A DNA stretch of 62,419 bases from positions 1 to 62,419 of the forward strand of contig CAZQXQ010000001.1 in assembly GCA_964597235.1 (NCBI GenBank), written 5' to 3'. This DNA comes from an uncultured Burkholderiaceae bacterium (GTDB taxonomy: Bacteria > Pseudomonadota > Gammaproteobacteria > Burkholderiales > Burkholderiaceae_C). The position numbers were made by a program, and so were the translations under genes. Of the stretch, positions 12,407 through 21,952 are shown one piece after another. Numbering within the stretch: the stretch's first letter is position 1; each line of letters begins with the position of its first letter. The notes beneath the pieces were generated by a model. It did no database searches and was not told the DNA's origin. It saw only the letters and a program-made list of their open reading frames with translations.

Positions 12407-12461
12407 TCGCAGCCTGATCAACGGACATCCCTATCAATCTCCCATAAGCCAACCAGCAACC

Positions 12462-13095
12462 ATGCCTGCCCCACTCGACCCGTTACCCCAAGCCCTGTTT
12501 GTCCAGGTCAGTCAGTTGATTCATGCGGCGCGCCAACGGGTGGCCAGTGCTGTCAATGCAGAACTCACCCAGCTTTATTGGCATATCGGGCGACGTATCC
12601 GTGCTGAACTGCTCCAAGGGCAGCGGGGCGAATACGGCAAGCAAGTGGTGGCAGCACTGGCACGGCAACTCACGGCCGACTTTGGCAAGGGCTGGAGCTA
12701 ACGCCAGCTGCGCTACTGCATACGCGTTGCAGAGATTTTTGCGGATGCAGAAATTCTGCACACACTGTGTTCCGAATTGAGCTGGTCACATCTGCGGCTG
12801 CTGATCTACATCGATGACCCACTCAAACGCGACTTCTACCTTGAAATCTGCCGCGTCGAACGCTGGAGCGTGCGTCAGTTGCAAGAGCGCATCAACTCGC
12901 TGCTGTTCGAGCGCACCGCCATCTCGAAAAAGCCCGAAGTCACCATACGCCAAGACCTGACCCTGCTGCGCGACCAGGGCCAGCTATCGCCAGAGCTGAC
13001 CTTTCGTGACCCTTATGTGCTCGACTTTCTGGGCCTGTCCGACAGCTACTCTGAGAAAGACCTTGAATCGGCCATCCTGGCCGAGCTACAGCGAT
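12462..13095 (+). pseudogene. YhcG/DUF1016-type PD-(D/E)XK nuclease, disrupted (in-frame TAA) and 3'-truncated
   Basis: ORFs 12366..12701 and 12777..13169 share one frame. They read ...YGKQVVAALARQLTADFGKGWS*RQLRYCIRVAEIF...SWSHLRLLIYIDDPLKRDFYLEI...RWSVRQLQERI, the DUF1016 N-terminal region. The stop is at 12699-12701. Similarity ends near 13095, before the nuclease core. Confidence 0.75.
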
Positions 13096-13141
13096 GCAAG
13101 GCAATGAAACTTCACAGGTACGCGCCTGGCGCGCCTGCCAA

Positions 13142-13276
13142 CAGCGTCAGGTACTTGGCCACGGAATAGTCCTCGCAGTCCCCGCCAAAGCTGCCCAGCA
13201 TTTCGACGGGCGTGGCCCAGTAGTCTTTCACCCCCCAATGGCGGATGTTGCGCCTTGCCCGACACCAAAGTTGATC
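13142..13276 (-). pseudogene. decayed duplicate of the 5' half of the LapG-like gene
   Basis: Three collinear patches match the intact copy: 13142-13248 = 10516-10622, 13247-13263 = 10695-10711, 13264-13276 = 10924-10936. It still encodes ...WGVKDYWATPVEMLGSFGGDCEDYSVAKYLTL, then breaks off. Confidence 0.85.
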
Positions 13277-13490
13277 CAGCACAAAGCGCCACGCCGTAAC
13301 AATTGATAACAGTTTTTTTAAACAATGCGTGGTAAAAAGCCGCCCGTTGTTCAAACGGGTTTTGCACCACCAAGGCTAGCAAAACCGCCAGGCGGCCACC
13401 ACCGCCAACACCCCAAAGTCAGCACAACACCGTGTCAGTGAAATGACACATAGCGCTGCTAATCTTGAGCAACACGTCCGCGATTCCTTC

Positions 13491-13525
13491 GCACAGAAAG
13501 CGCAAGCTCTCTGTGCTGTTTTTTT
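13491..13525 (+). terminator. intrinsic-terminator-like hairpin upstream of pgi
   Basis: Stem gcacaga (13491-97) / tctgtgc (13510-16), 12-nt loop, followed by tgttttttt. No intact + strand gene ends just upstream. Confidence 0.4.
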
Positions 13526-13563
13526 GAGTACCACCCGCTTTTAAGCGCTTATTTGTTTTCGTC

Positions 13564-15165
13564 ATGATCGAAGCAGATTGTGTGTCCCAGGCACCCAACA
13601 ACACCCTCTGCACCCCAACGGACTTTTCCGATTGGCAGGCACTGTCGCAGCTGGCGCCGCACTATCTCAACGGTTTTGACTTGCGCGATGCGCTCTCGCA
13701 CCCTGGCCGGTTTGAAGCGCTCAGTTTGCGTGCCCCCCATGTGTTTGCCGATCTGTCAAAGCAACTCTGGGATGAACAGGTCCTTCAGCATTTGCTGGAC
13801 CTGGCCAAGGCCAGGGGCCTGCCAGGACGCCGTACCGCCTTGCTGGCAGGCGATACCGTCAACCCTACGGAACAGCGCCCCGCCTTGCATGTGCAGCTGC
13901 GCCGTGGCCTGACCCAGGCAAACGCTGCCAGTGATCCTTTGTGCCGTGGCGCAGCCGCCATGCTGGCCTTGGCCGAGCAAATCCGCGCCAACCCCAATAT
14001 TCACGACATCGTGCACATCGGCATTGGCGGCTCTGGCCTGGGCCCCGAACTGGCCTGCCAGGCCCTGCGCCCCTTTCAAACCAGCCGACAGCGCCTGCAC
14101 TTTGTTTCCAACATGGATGGACACGATCTGCACGAAGTGCTGCAGGCGCTGCAACCCCAGCACACCCTGTTCATCGTCGTGTCCAAATCCTGGTCCACGG
14201 CGGAAACCCTGCGCAACGCCCAATCGGCCATGGCCTGGTTCCATGCAAATGGCGGTAACAACTCGGCTGCCCACTTTGTGGCCGTGACCGGAAAGCCCGA
14301 ACGCGCCCGGGCCATGGGCTGTGGCGTAGCGCTGGATTTGCCCGACAGCATTGGCGGGCGCTTCTCCCTGTGGTCTGCCGTGGGTTTGCCCGTGGCGATT
14401 GCTTTGGGCGCTGAAGGTTTTCTGCACATGGTGGGTGGCGCCGTCGAGATGGATACGCACTTTGCGCACGCCCCTTTGCCAGAAAACTTGCCGGTCTGGC
14501 TGGGCCTACTGGATGTGTGGAACGCCAGTTTTCTGCAATTGCCCAGCCGCTGCATTGCGCCGTACCACCACGGACTGCGCCGCTACCCGGCTTATCTCCA
14601 GCAACTGGAAATGGAGAGTAATGGCAAGCGCGTGCGAGCCGATGGCGTGCCGGTGAACTATCCCACCACCGCCGCCGTTTGGGGCGAGGCGGGCACCAAC
14701 GGCCAGCACGCTTTTTTCCAGTGGCTGCACCAAGGCACCGCCCGCGTGCCGGTGGAATTTATTGTGGCCAAAACACCCACCCACCCTTTGCCCGACCACC
14801 ACCAGCCTCTGCTGGCAAATGCCCTGGCACAGGCACAGGCCTTAATGCAAGGCCGCCTTGCCGGCGAGGACCAATTGGCAGGGCATCAGGATTTCCCGGG
14901 TAACCGTCCCAGCAGTTTTATTGCCGTCAACGATCTCAGCCCCGCCGCCTTTGGCGCCTTACTGGCACTGCAAGAGCACCGTGTGTTTGTGGCCAGCACG
15001 GTTTGGGGCGTGAACTGCTTTGACCAGTGGGGGGTGGAGCTGGGCAAGGCCCTGGCCTTTGATCTGGAACAGCGCTTTAGCAGCGGCAATTTAGGCGGTC
15101 TTGACTGCTCTACGGCAGGGCTGCTTCACCTATTGCGCCAGCCTTCGGTGCAACAGATTCATTAG
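13564..15165 (+). CDS. pgi: glucose-6-phosphate isomerase
   Basis: 533 aa. HIGIGGSGLGP, VSKSWSTAET, LQQLEMESNGK, GTNGQHAFFQWLHQG and FDQWGVELGK motifs are diagnostic of PGI. Confidence 0.93.
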   Translation: MIEADCVSQAPNNTLCTPTDFSDWQALSQLAPHYLNGFDLRDALSHPGRFEALSLRAPHVFADLSKQLWDEQVLQHLLDLAKARGLPGRRTALLAGDTVNPTEQRPALHVQLRRGLTQANAASDPLCRGAAAMLALAEQIRANPNIHDIVHIGIGGSGLGPELACQALRPFQTSRQRLHFVSNMDGHDLHEVLQALQPQHTLFIVVSKSWSTAETLRNAQSAMAWFHANGGNNSAAHFVAVTGKPERARAMGCGVALDLPDSIGGRFSLWSAVGLPVAIALGAEGFLHMVGGAVEMDTHFAHAPLPENLPVWLGLLDVWNASFLQLPSRCIAPYHHGLRRYPAYLQQLEMESNGKRVRADGVPVNYPTTAAVWGEAGTNGQHAFFQWLHQGTARVPVEFIVAKTPTHPLPDHHQPLLANALAQAQALMQGRLAGEDQLAGHQDFPGNRPSSFIAVNDLSPAAFGALLALQEHRVFVASTVWGVNCFDQWGVELGKALAFDLEQRFSSGNLGGLDCSTAGLLHLLRQPSVQQIH

Positions 15166-15340
15166 CGCATGTGGTGAGCAAAGCCCCTGTATTCCAGCCG
15201 TGTCTCCAAACGAGCACTTGTTTTTCAAACTTGATTGATCTTTCCATGCTTCAACTCGACAACGCCAAACTCGCCGTGATCAGGTCGGGCAATGCGGCCT
15301 ACCATCAACGCGGTCTGCAACTTCTGAAGTAACTACCACC

Positions 15341-16507
15341 ATGAAGATTGCTGTCGTTGGAACAGGCTATGTCGGCCTGTCAATCGCTGTCCTGCTTGCA
15401 CAACGTCATCAAGTAGTTGCGTTGGACATTTCTGAAGAAAAGGTTGACCAAATCAACCGTCGCCAATCCCCGATTGAAGACACCGATATTGAACGGTTTC
15501 TCACGGACCGGGCACTTGACCTTCGCGCCACGCTGAACCAACGCGAAGCTTTTGAAGGCGCGGAGTTTGTCGTCGTAGCCACCCCCACGGATTACGACAC
15601 TGCCACTAACTACTTCAACACCTCCAGTGTGGAAGCAGTAGTGCAACATGCCGTGGACTTGGCGCCGAAAGCCACCATCGTTATCAAGTCCACCGTACCG
15701 GTTGGCTTTACAGCTCGATTGCAGGCCCAGTACCCCCACAGCGAAGTCCTCTTCTCGCCGGAGTTTTTGCGCGAAGGCAAGGCGCTGCACGACAACCTGT
15801 ATCCCTCGCGCATCGTGGTGGGTGCCCGTACTGAGAAGGCGCGACTTTTTGCCAGCTTGCTGGAAGAAGGGGCTGAAAAAGCGGACGTCCCAGTTCTCTT
15901 GACCGACAGCACAGAAGCGGAAGCCATCAAACTTTTTGCCAATACCTACTTGGCCATGCGCGTGGCGTATTTCAATGAGTTGGATACCTATGCAGCCACC
16001 CACGGTCTTGATACCCGGCAAATTATTGAAGGCGTAGGCCTCGATCCACGGATTGGCAGCCACTACAACAACCCCAGTTTTGGCTATGGCGGTTACTGCT
16101 TACCTAAAGACACCAAGCAGCTTTTGGCCAATTACCAAGATGTACCGCAGACGTTGATTAGCGCCATCGTCACTGCCAACACTACCCGTAAGGACTTCAT
16201 TGCGAACGACATCCTGCGCCGCAAGCCACAGACTGTGGGTATTTATCGCCTGGTAATGAAGGCTGGCAGTGATAACTTCCGAGCCAGTAGCGTACAGGGT
16301 GTTATGAAGCGACTTAAAGCTAAAGGTATTAATGTAGTACTTTATGAGCCAACACTTCATGACGATAATTTTTTTGGCTCAAAAAATGTTAGAAAAATTG
16401 AAGAATTTCAATCTATTTCAGACATCATAATCGCCAACAGAAAATCGCAGGAATTAAATGATGTTTCGCATAAAGTATATACAAGAGACATCTTTGGCAT
16501 AGACTGA
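15341..16507 (+). CDS. ugd: UDP-glucose 6-dehydrogenase
   Basis: 388 aa. [14 protein letters not shown] Rossmann motif, catalytic region [10 protein letters not shown], length typical of Ugd. The last ~200 nt switch to AT-rich composition. Confidence 0.95.
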   Translation: MKIAVVGTGYVGLSIAVLLAQRHQVVALDISEEKVDQINRRQSPIEDTDIERFLTDRALDLRATLNQREAFEGAEFVVVATPTDYDTATNYFNTSSVEAVVQHAVDLAPKATIVIKSTVPVGFTARLQAQYPHSEVLFSPEFLREGKALHDNLYPSRIVVGARTEKARLFASLLEEGAEKADVPVLLTDSTEAEAIKLFANTYLAMRVAYFNELDTYAATHGLDTRQIIEGVGLDPRIGSHYNNPSFGYGGYCLPKDTKQLLANYQDVPQTLISAIVTANTTRKDFIANDILRRKPQTVGIYRLVMKAGSDNFRASSVQGVMKRLKAKGINVVLYEPTLHDDNFFGSKNVRKIEEFQSISDIIIANRKSQELNDVSHKVYTRDIFGID

Positions 16508-16529
16508 ACTTGTAACGAGTTATAACCCC

Positions 16530-17756
16530 ATGCTTTCAAAATCCAGGAAGGATTCTTTAAAGGTAACTATCGGACAGGCGCTGTGGGCGGTATCACAGGC
16601 CCTAATGATAATTATAATATCGAAAAAACTGAGTATTGAATTGGTGGGCTACCTAATTCTTGGTCTTGGAATTTATGCCCCACTATGTCTTGCCGGTGGA
16701 TTAAATCTCAGAACACTAATCGCAATTGATGTTAAGCATGAATTAAATCTGAGAGATGCTTTTCGATTGAGAGCGGCTGCTGCCACTTTTTCTTTTGCGA
16801 TAGTAGCAACTATTTTCTGGCTACTAACCGACAGCAGTTTAGACTTGGTAATACTTCTATGCCTCACAGGCACAAGAATAGCTGATCAGATTTGTGATAT
16901 CGCGGCGGGGCATTACCAGCGCATTAATAATCACTCCAAAATTGGCATCTCTTTTGGTTTTAGAGGGGTATTTACACTTTTGCCGTTTATCGGGCTATTG
17001 CTATTTGACTGGCATGTGGTAATTGCATCGGCGCTTTCTTTTTTTGGCGTCTTAATTATTACTATAATTTTAGATGTTATGCCCAACCTGAGAAATCTTG
17101 GCCAATCTAAAAAATTGGATTCTGGGATCGTTGATTTATTTAAAAAATTTGGAAAATCTAACTGGTCTGCCCCTTTCCCATTTTTGGATAGCTTGCACGC
17201 TAACAGCCTCCGATATGCAATTTATATTTTTTTGACTTCGGAAATCCTCGGCAGCATTGGAGTCGCTCAAACTTTCTATGCGCCAGTGCAACTTTTAATA
17301 AGTTCAATTGGTTACATTTATCTAAGCAAATCTCATTTAATTTTATCCAGAGGTAGCATTTCTGAGATGCGCGGGCACATCCTCACTGGCTTCATTTATG
17401 GCGTTTTTCCAGTTATTGGATTTGCCACAATCTCTGCTGTAATGCCCAATTTTCTGATTGGGGCAGCATTCCCAAATACATATCTCGATCCGAAATATGC
17501 CCTCCTTTTGATTGCTTTGGCAATGTCGCCTTTAGGAATCGTAGGGTTTACATCGCAGATATTAGTTGTGTCCAAGAAAAATAAATCTTACTCAATAAGC
17601 CCGTTGATCGGGCTAATAGTTTTCTGGGTGCCGCAACTACTTATCTACTTCAGTGGAAATGATTTGAATTTAGTTGGTGTAATATTAATATTTTTTTTTA
17701 GCGGCCTCGCTCGGCTCGCTTTTAACAGTGCAATCCTTATGAAATTTATTAAATAA
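16530..17756 (+). CDS. polysaccharide flippase (Wzx-like, MOP superfamily) candidate
   Basis: 408-aa polytopic membrane protein (about 10-12 hydrophobic segments) in AT-rich DNA, first gene of the variable cassette. Assignment is by topology and context only. Confidence 0.6.
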   Translation: MLSKSRKDSLKVTIGQALWAVSQALMIIIISKKLSIELVGYLILGLGIYAPLCLAGGLNLRTLIAIDVKHELNLRDAFRLRAAAATFSFAIVATIFWLLTDSSLDLVILLCLTGTRIADQICDIAAGHYQRINNHSKIGISFGFRGVFTLLPFIGLLLFDWHVVIASALSFFGVLIITIILDVMPNLRNLGQSKKLDSGIVDLFKKFGKSNWSAPFPFLDSLHANSLRYAIYIFLTSEILGSIGVAQTFYAPVQLLISSIGYIYLSKSHLILSRGSISEMRGHILTGFIYGVFPVIGFATISAVMPNFLIGAAFPNTYLDPKYALLLIALAMSPLGIVGFTSQILVVSKKNKSYSISPLIGLIVFWVPQLLIYFSGNDLNLVGVILIFFFSGLARLAFNSAILMKFIK

Positions 17757-17760
17757 TCCT

Positions 17761-18321
17761 ATGAGCTACAAAGGTGGAAAAATATTATTTATACCGCGTG
17801 CTGTTAAAAAAATTGTAAAAATAACTATTGGCGCTATTAACACTGTGCTTTATAGCATTGCATGCCAAAAAGTTGGGCGCGGCACCAAATTTCAGCATGA
17901 CATATGGATAGCAGACCCGTCTAGTGTTCTCATTGGCGATCAATGTTTCTTCTCAAGAGGCACTTCTTTTTCAACCGAAATTGCCGGAAAGCAATTATTA
18001 ATCGGGAATAATGTCCAGATTAATGCAAATGCATTAATTGACTACACAGGCGGCCTGTCCATAGCTGACAATTCAATGATTTCTGAAGGCTGCATAATAT
18101 ATACACATGATCATGGCTTAGACCCAAGATCATCACCCAAACCTCTTTCAAAATCAATTGGCTGCAATGTGTGGCTTGGTGCAAGATGTATTATCATGCC
18201 TGGATGCAGAAATATCGGTGACGGGGCTATTATTGGTGCTGGCTCAATCGTGACACGAGATGTAGCATCAAACACAATAGTGGCCGGCAATCCCGCTGTA
18301 GAAATAAGAAAATTAAAATAA
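17761..18321 (+). CDS. hexapeptide-repeat (LbH) O-acetyltransferase
   Basis: 186 aa with left-handed beta-helix repeats ([58 protein letters not shown]), as in WbbJ/maltose-acetyltransferase-like enzymes. Confidence 0.85.
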   Translation: MSYKGGKILFIPRAVKKIVKITIGAINTVLYSIACQKVGRGTKFQHDIWIADPSSVLIGDQCFFSRGTSFSTEIAGKQLLIGNNVQINANALIDYTGGLSIADNSMISEGCIIYTHDHGLDPRSSPKPLSKSIGCNVWLGARCIIMPGCRNIGDGAIIGAGSIVTRDVASNTIVAGNPAVEIRKLK

Positions 18322-18327
18322 ATATTC

Positions 18328-19626
18328 ATGTTATTTTTCGCAACAATATTTCTTTGTCTTTCGCATCTGGTGCCATGGTTATTTTTTAAAAAAACTAAAA
18401 TTGAGCGATCACCAGCGAAGATAATATCGCTTATAAGTGGGGTTACGACGGTCCCCTATTTTTTTATACTTGCATTTTTCCCGGGTTACGAGAGTCCCAT
18501 ATTAAATTTAATAAATGGCGATTTGGGTGAATTGCAAATTATTTTTGCTATTTACTACTCCCTTGGTCTTCTTGCAATGTATTGGGGTATAAAAATTGGC
18601 GGCATTAAATTTAATAATGGAATTGTCTATAAATTACAAAGATATTCGGATGTGAGTAGTAAAAGAATTCACTTAATTTTATTCTTCATGGCTATATCCC
18701 TAATTTTGGCAAAATTACAGCTTGCGGGCGGGCTGTTTTTTTTGTTAGAAAATATTAGATCCCGAGGGGAACTTTTGGCCGGTACTGGATTTATTGATTT
18801 ATTTTTAATACCAGCTGCTTTTTTTTCAATATTCTATGCAATATATAATAGGTCAATGACTGGCAAGCCGAAGGCAATTGAAATAATTATTATGATAATT
18901 ATTTTGTCAGTCTTGCTTTCTCTTTTTGGAGGGAGGAAGCTACCGATGATGCTAATAATATTAGCAATATTGGCGGCAATTTTCTACGATGAGAAACTAA
19001 AAATATACTCAATTCGCTTTTTGCCTGTCTATATTTTGATTATTTTCTTCTTTGCGACCGCCCTCGAGCATCGTATTAACGAGCAGCTGGGTGTTGGAGC
19101 TCAAGGGTTAAATTTTTATGACTACATAAGAAATGCTAGCTATCTTGAGACATATTTATTTATATTAGATCATTTTAGTGTTAATGATTTTTGGTATGGT
19201 GTAGGTCATTTGGATTTGGTTTATAGAATTATTCCATTTTTTTCAGAGTCCCTAAAGCCGCCCATTGACGATGGGGTTTACATCAGAACACTTGCTGAGG
19301 GTATTTTTGTGAAGCCACCCGTGAGTTTCGAAGACATGTATCCAAGTTCGTGGCCGCCAGAAACATTTGGTTCTGGATACATGAATTTTGGACTTATTGG
19401 GGTAATCTTATATTTTCTCCTAAAGGGATTTATTTCGGGGTTGGTCTTTTCGTATGCAAAAAGCAAAAAATTTCAGCCAATTCCACTTTTCCTATTTTTT
19501 TATGTGGTAATTAACTTCCATGTTTCAAATTTAAGAGTCTTTCAGGTAGGAATGTTGGTTGTTTTTTTGATCGCAATAAAATATGTGTCATCCTTGAAAA
19601 ATATTGCTGCAATATTAAATAGGTAG
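18328..19626 (+). CDS. O-antigen/EPS repeat-unit polymerase (Wzy-like) candidate
   Basis: 432-aa very hydrophobic polytopic protein with a larger loop (residues ~300-345), AT-rich, between acetyltransferase and GT genes. Context-based call. Confidence 0.55.
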   Translation: MLFFATIFLCLSHLVPWLFFKKTKIERSPAKIISLISGVTTVPYFFILAFFPGYESPILNLINGDLGELQIIFAIYYSLGLLAMYWGIKIGGIKFNNGIVYKLQRYSDVSSKRIHLILFFMAISLILAKLQLAGGLFFLLENIRSRGELLAGTGFIDLFLIPAAFFSIFYAIYNRSMTGKPKAIEIIIMIIILSVLLSLFGGRKLPMMLIILAILAAIFYDEKLKIYSIRFLPVYILIIFFFATALEHRINEQLGVGAQGLNFYDYIRNASYLETYLFILDHFSVNDFWYGVGHLDLVYRIIPFFSESLKPPIDDGVYIRTLAEGIFVKPPVSFEDMYPSSWPPETFGSGYMNFGLIGVILYFLLKGFISGLVFSYAKSKKFQPIPLFLFFYVVINFHVSNLRVFQVGMLVVFLIAIKYVSSLKNIAAILNR

Positions 19627-19747
19627 GTTGGAACAGCTGGTGTGGTGAATTTTGAACCACATCTTTCATAATTAACAGCTTGCAGTCTTCATATATAAAA
19701 ATTACGTGCGCTATTATTTATCATTTAAAAGCTGAACTACCTTGCTT

Positions 19748-20905
19748 ATGAAAAAAATATTGCTTTTTACTGGATTTTATCTACCCGGCTATAAAGGTGG
19801 CGGCCCTATTCGAACAATTGCTAATATGGTTGATCAACTAGGCGATCAATTAAGTTTCGAAATTTATACTGCAGATCGTGATTTGGGTGATTTAAAACCT
19901 TATGCAGGCGTACAAATAAACGCATGGCAGCGCGTAGGCAAGGCAGATGTTTTTTATGCATCGTCTGATCGAGGTTGGGTTTTTAGATTGTGGAAAAATA
20001 TCGCTAAATTTGAAGGCCAGGCAATCTATCTAAATAGCTTTTTTTCCACTCGGTCCAGTATTGTCCCACTGATTTTTTGGCGTATTTTGAAATCGGATTC
20101 GGTAGTTGTTTTGGCGCCGCGTGGTGAATTTTCTGAAGGTGCGCTGAATTTTAAAAGCAAAAAAAAGCAAGTATTTATTTCAATTGCTAATATTTTTGGA
20201 TTATATAAAAAAATCATATGGCAAGCCTCCTCTGATTTTGAGGAGAAGGATATTCGGCGCGTGATGGGTGATAATGTAAAAATCCATGTGGCTGTAAATA
20301 TTTCCAACCCCAAGATGGAAATTGAAATCAAAGAAAGATTGCCTGGATTGCCGCTGCGGATTGTTTTTGTTTCTCGTATTTCCCCCAAGAAAAATCTTTT
20401 GTATGCAATCGAGATATTGAATAAAATCAAAATACAAGTCCTTTTTGATGTCTATGGGCCTGCAGAAGATGAGAATTATTGGACTCAATGTCAGGAAGCT
20501 GCCAAATTGCTTCACAAAAATATACGTTTCCAGTATTGCGGGGCGCTGCACCCTGTGCAGATCACGGAGAAGTTGTCCGAATATGACTTGTTCTTTTTTC
20601 CCACGCTGGGCGAAAACTTTGGCCATGTGATTGCAGAAGCCCTGTCGTCGGGCTTGCCCGTGCTGATCAGCGATGCCACGCCTTGGCGTGATTTAGCGGA
20701 GAAATCCCTGGGGTGGGATATTCCGCTCAATCAAGTGGACCGATTTGTTGAATGCATTGAAGCCTGTGCAGCCAAATCGCCAGAGGAATACATGCAGTGG
20801 CGCCAATCGATTCGGGCTTGGGCGCTCAAGAATGTGGGCAACCAAGAAGCCATTGAACAAAACCGTCGTCTTTTTATGAATTTGGAGTCATCCAGTGAGC
20901 ATTGA
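19748..20905 (+). CDS. glycosyltransferase family 4 (GT-B)
   Basis: ATG at 19748 (MKKILLF...). C-terminal EX7E region FFFPTLGENFGHVIAEALSSGLPVLISD. Composition changes from AT-rich to GC-rich around 20.53-20.64 kb, inside the gene. Confidence 0.85.
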   Translation: MKKILLFTGFYLPGYKGGGPIRTIANMVDQLGDQLSFEIYTADRDLGDLKPYAGVQINAWQRVGKADVFYASSDRGWVFRLWKNIAKFEGQAIYLNSFFSTRSSIVPLIFWRILKSDSVVVLAPRGEFSEGALNFKSKKKQVFISIANIFGLYKKIIWQASSDFEEKDIRRVMGDNVKIHVAVNISNPKMEIEIKERLPGLPLRIVFVSRISPKKNLLYAIEILNKIKIQVLFDVYGPAEDENYWTQCQEAAKLLHKNIRFQYCGALHPVQITEKLSEYDLFFFPTLGENFGHVIAEALSSGLPVLISDATPWRDLAEKSLGWDIPLNQVDRFVECIEACAAKSPEEYMQWRQSIRAWALKNVGNQEAIEQNRRLFMNLESSSEH

Positions 20906-21947
20906 TTTTTCGAATAAAACACTGTTGATTACCGGTGGCACCGGTTCGTTTGGCAATGCAGTCCTCAAACGCTTTCTCAGTTCCGACATCGCTGAAATCC
21001 GCATTTACAGCCGCGACGAAAAAAAGCAGGACGACATGCGCAAGCGCTACAGCAGCGCCAAGCTCAAGTTCTACATTGGTGACGTGCGCGATGCGCGCAG
21101 CATTGAGCAGGCCATGCGCGGTGTGGACTATGTGTTCCACGCGGCGGCGCTCAAGCAGGTGCCTTCGTGCGAGTTCCACCCCATGCAGGCGGTGCGCACC
21201 AATGTCCTGGGGACCGAGAACGTGCTGGAGGCTGCGATTCAGGCGGGCGTCAAGCGCGTGGTGTGCCTTAGCACCGACAAGGCGGTCTACCCCATCAACG
21301 CCATGGGCATCAGCAAGGCCATGATGGAAAAAGTGATGGTGGCCGCCAGCCGCAACCTGGAAGGCACGGGCACGGTGATTTGCGGCACTCGCTACGGTAA
21401 CGTGATGGCCTCGCGCGGCTCGGTGATTCCGCTGTTTGTCGAGCAGGCCTTTGCCGGCAAGCACCTGACCATGACCGACCCCACCATGACCCGTTTCATG
21501 ATGACCCTGGCCGATGCGGTGGACCTGGTGTTGTACGCCTTTGAGCACGGCAACAACGGCGACATCTTTGTGCAAAAAGCCCCCGCCGCTACGGTGCTGA
21601 CGCTGGCCAAGGCCCTGCTGGACTTGATGGGTAAGCCCGACCACCCCCTGCACATCATGGGCACCCGCCATGGCGAAAAGCTGTACGAGGCGCTGCTCAG
21701 CCGCGAAGAAATGGCCTGCGCCGAAGACATGGGCGACTATTACCGCGTGCCCCCGGATGGCCGCGACCTGAATTACGCCAAGTTTGTGGACCAAGGCGAG
21801 CAGCGCCTGACCCAAACCACGCATGGCGAGGACTACAACAGCCACAACACCACCCGCCTGGACGTGGAAGGCATGAAAAAGCTGCTACTCAAGCTGGATT
21901 TCATGCAGCAAATTGCCCGTGGCGAATACGCCGTAGCCGAGGAGTAA
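20895..21947 (+). CDS. fnlA: UDP-N-acetylglucosamine 4,6-dehydratase/5-epimerase (FnlA/CapE/WbjB)
   Basis: 350 aa. KTLLITGGTGSFGNAVLKRFL, IRIYSRDEKKQDDMRKRY, KFYIGDVRD, STDKAVYPINAMGISKAMMEK: the FnlA/CapE signature. Confidence 0.9.
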   Translation: MSIDFSNKTLLITGGTGSFGNAVLKRFLSSDIAEIRIYSRDEKKQDDMRKRYSSAKLKFYIGDVRDARSIEQAMRGVDYVFHAAALKQVPSCEFHPMQAVRTNVLGTENVLEAAIQAGVKRVVCLSTDKAVYPINAMGISKAMMEKVMVAASRNLEGTGTVICGTRYGNVMASRGSVIPLFVEQAFAGKHLTMTDPTMTRFMMTLADAVDLVLYAFEHGNNGDIFVQKAPAATVLTLAKALLDLMGKPDHPLHIMGTRHGEKLYEALLSREEMACAEDMGDYYRVPPDGRDLNYAKFVDQGEQRLTQTTHGEDYNSHNTTRLDVEGMKKLLLKLDFMQQIARGEYAVAEE

Positions 21948-21952
21948 ACCCC

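Noticed and set aside
15246-15332. 28-codon ORF ([28 protein letters not shown]) between pgi and ugd
   Set aside because: Too short, no RBS, no recognisable family. It may be a gene fragment but this cannot be supported.
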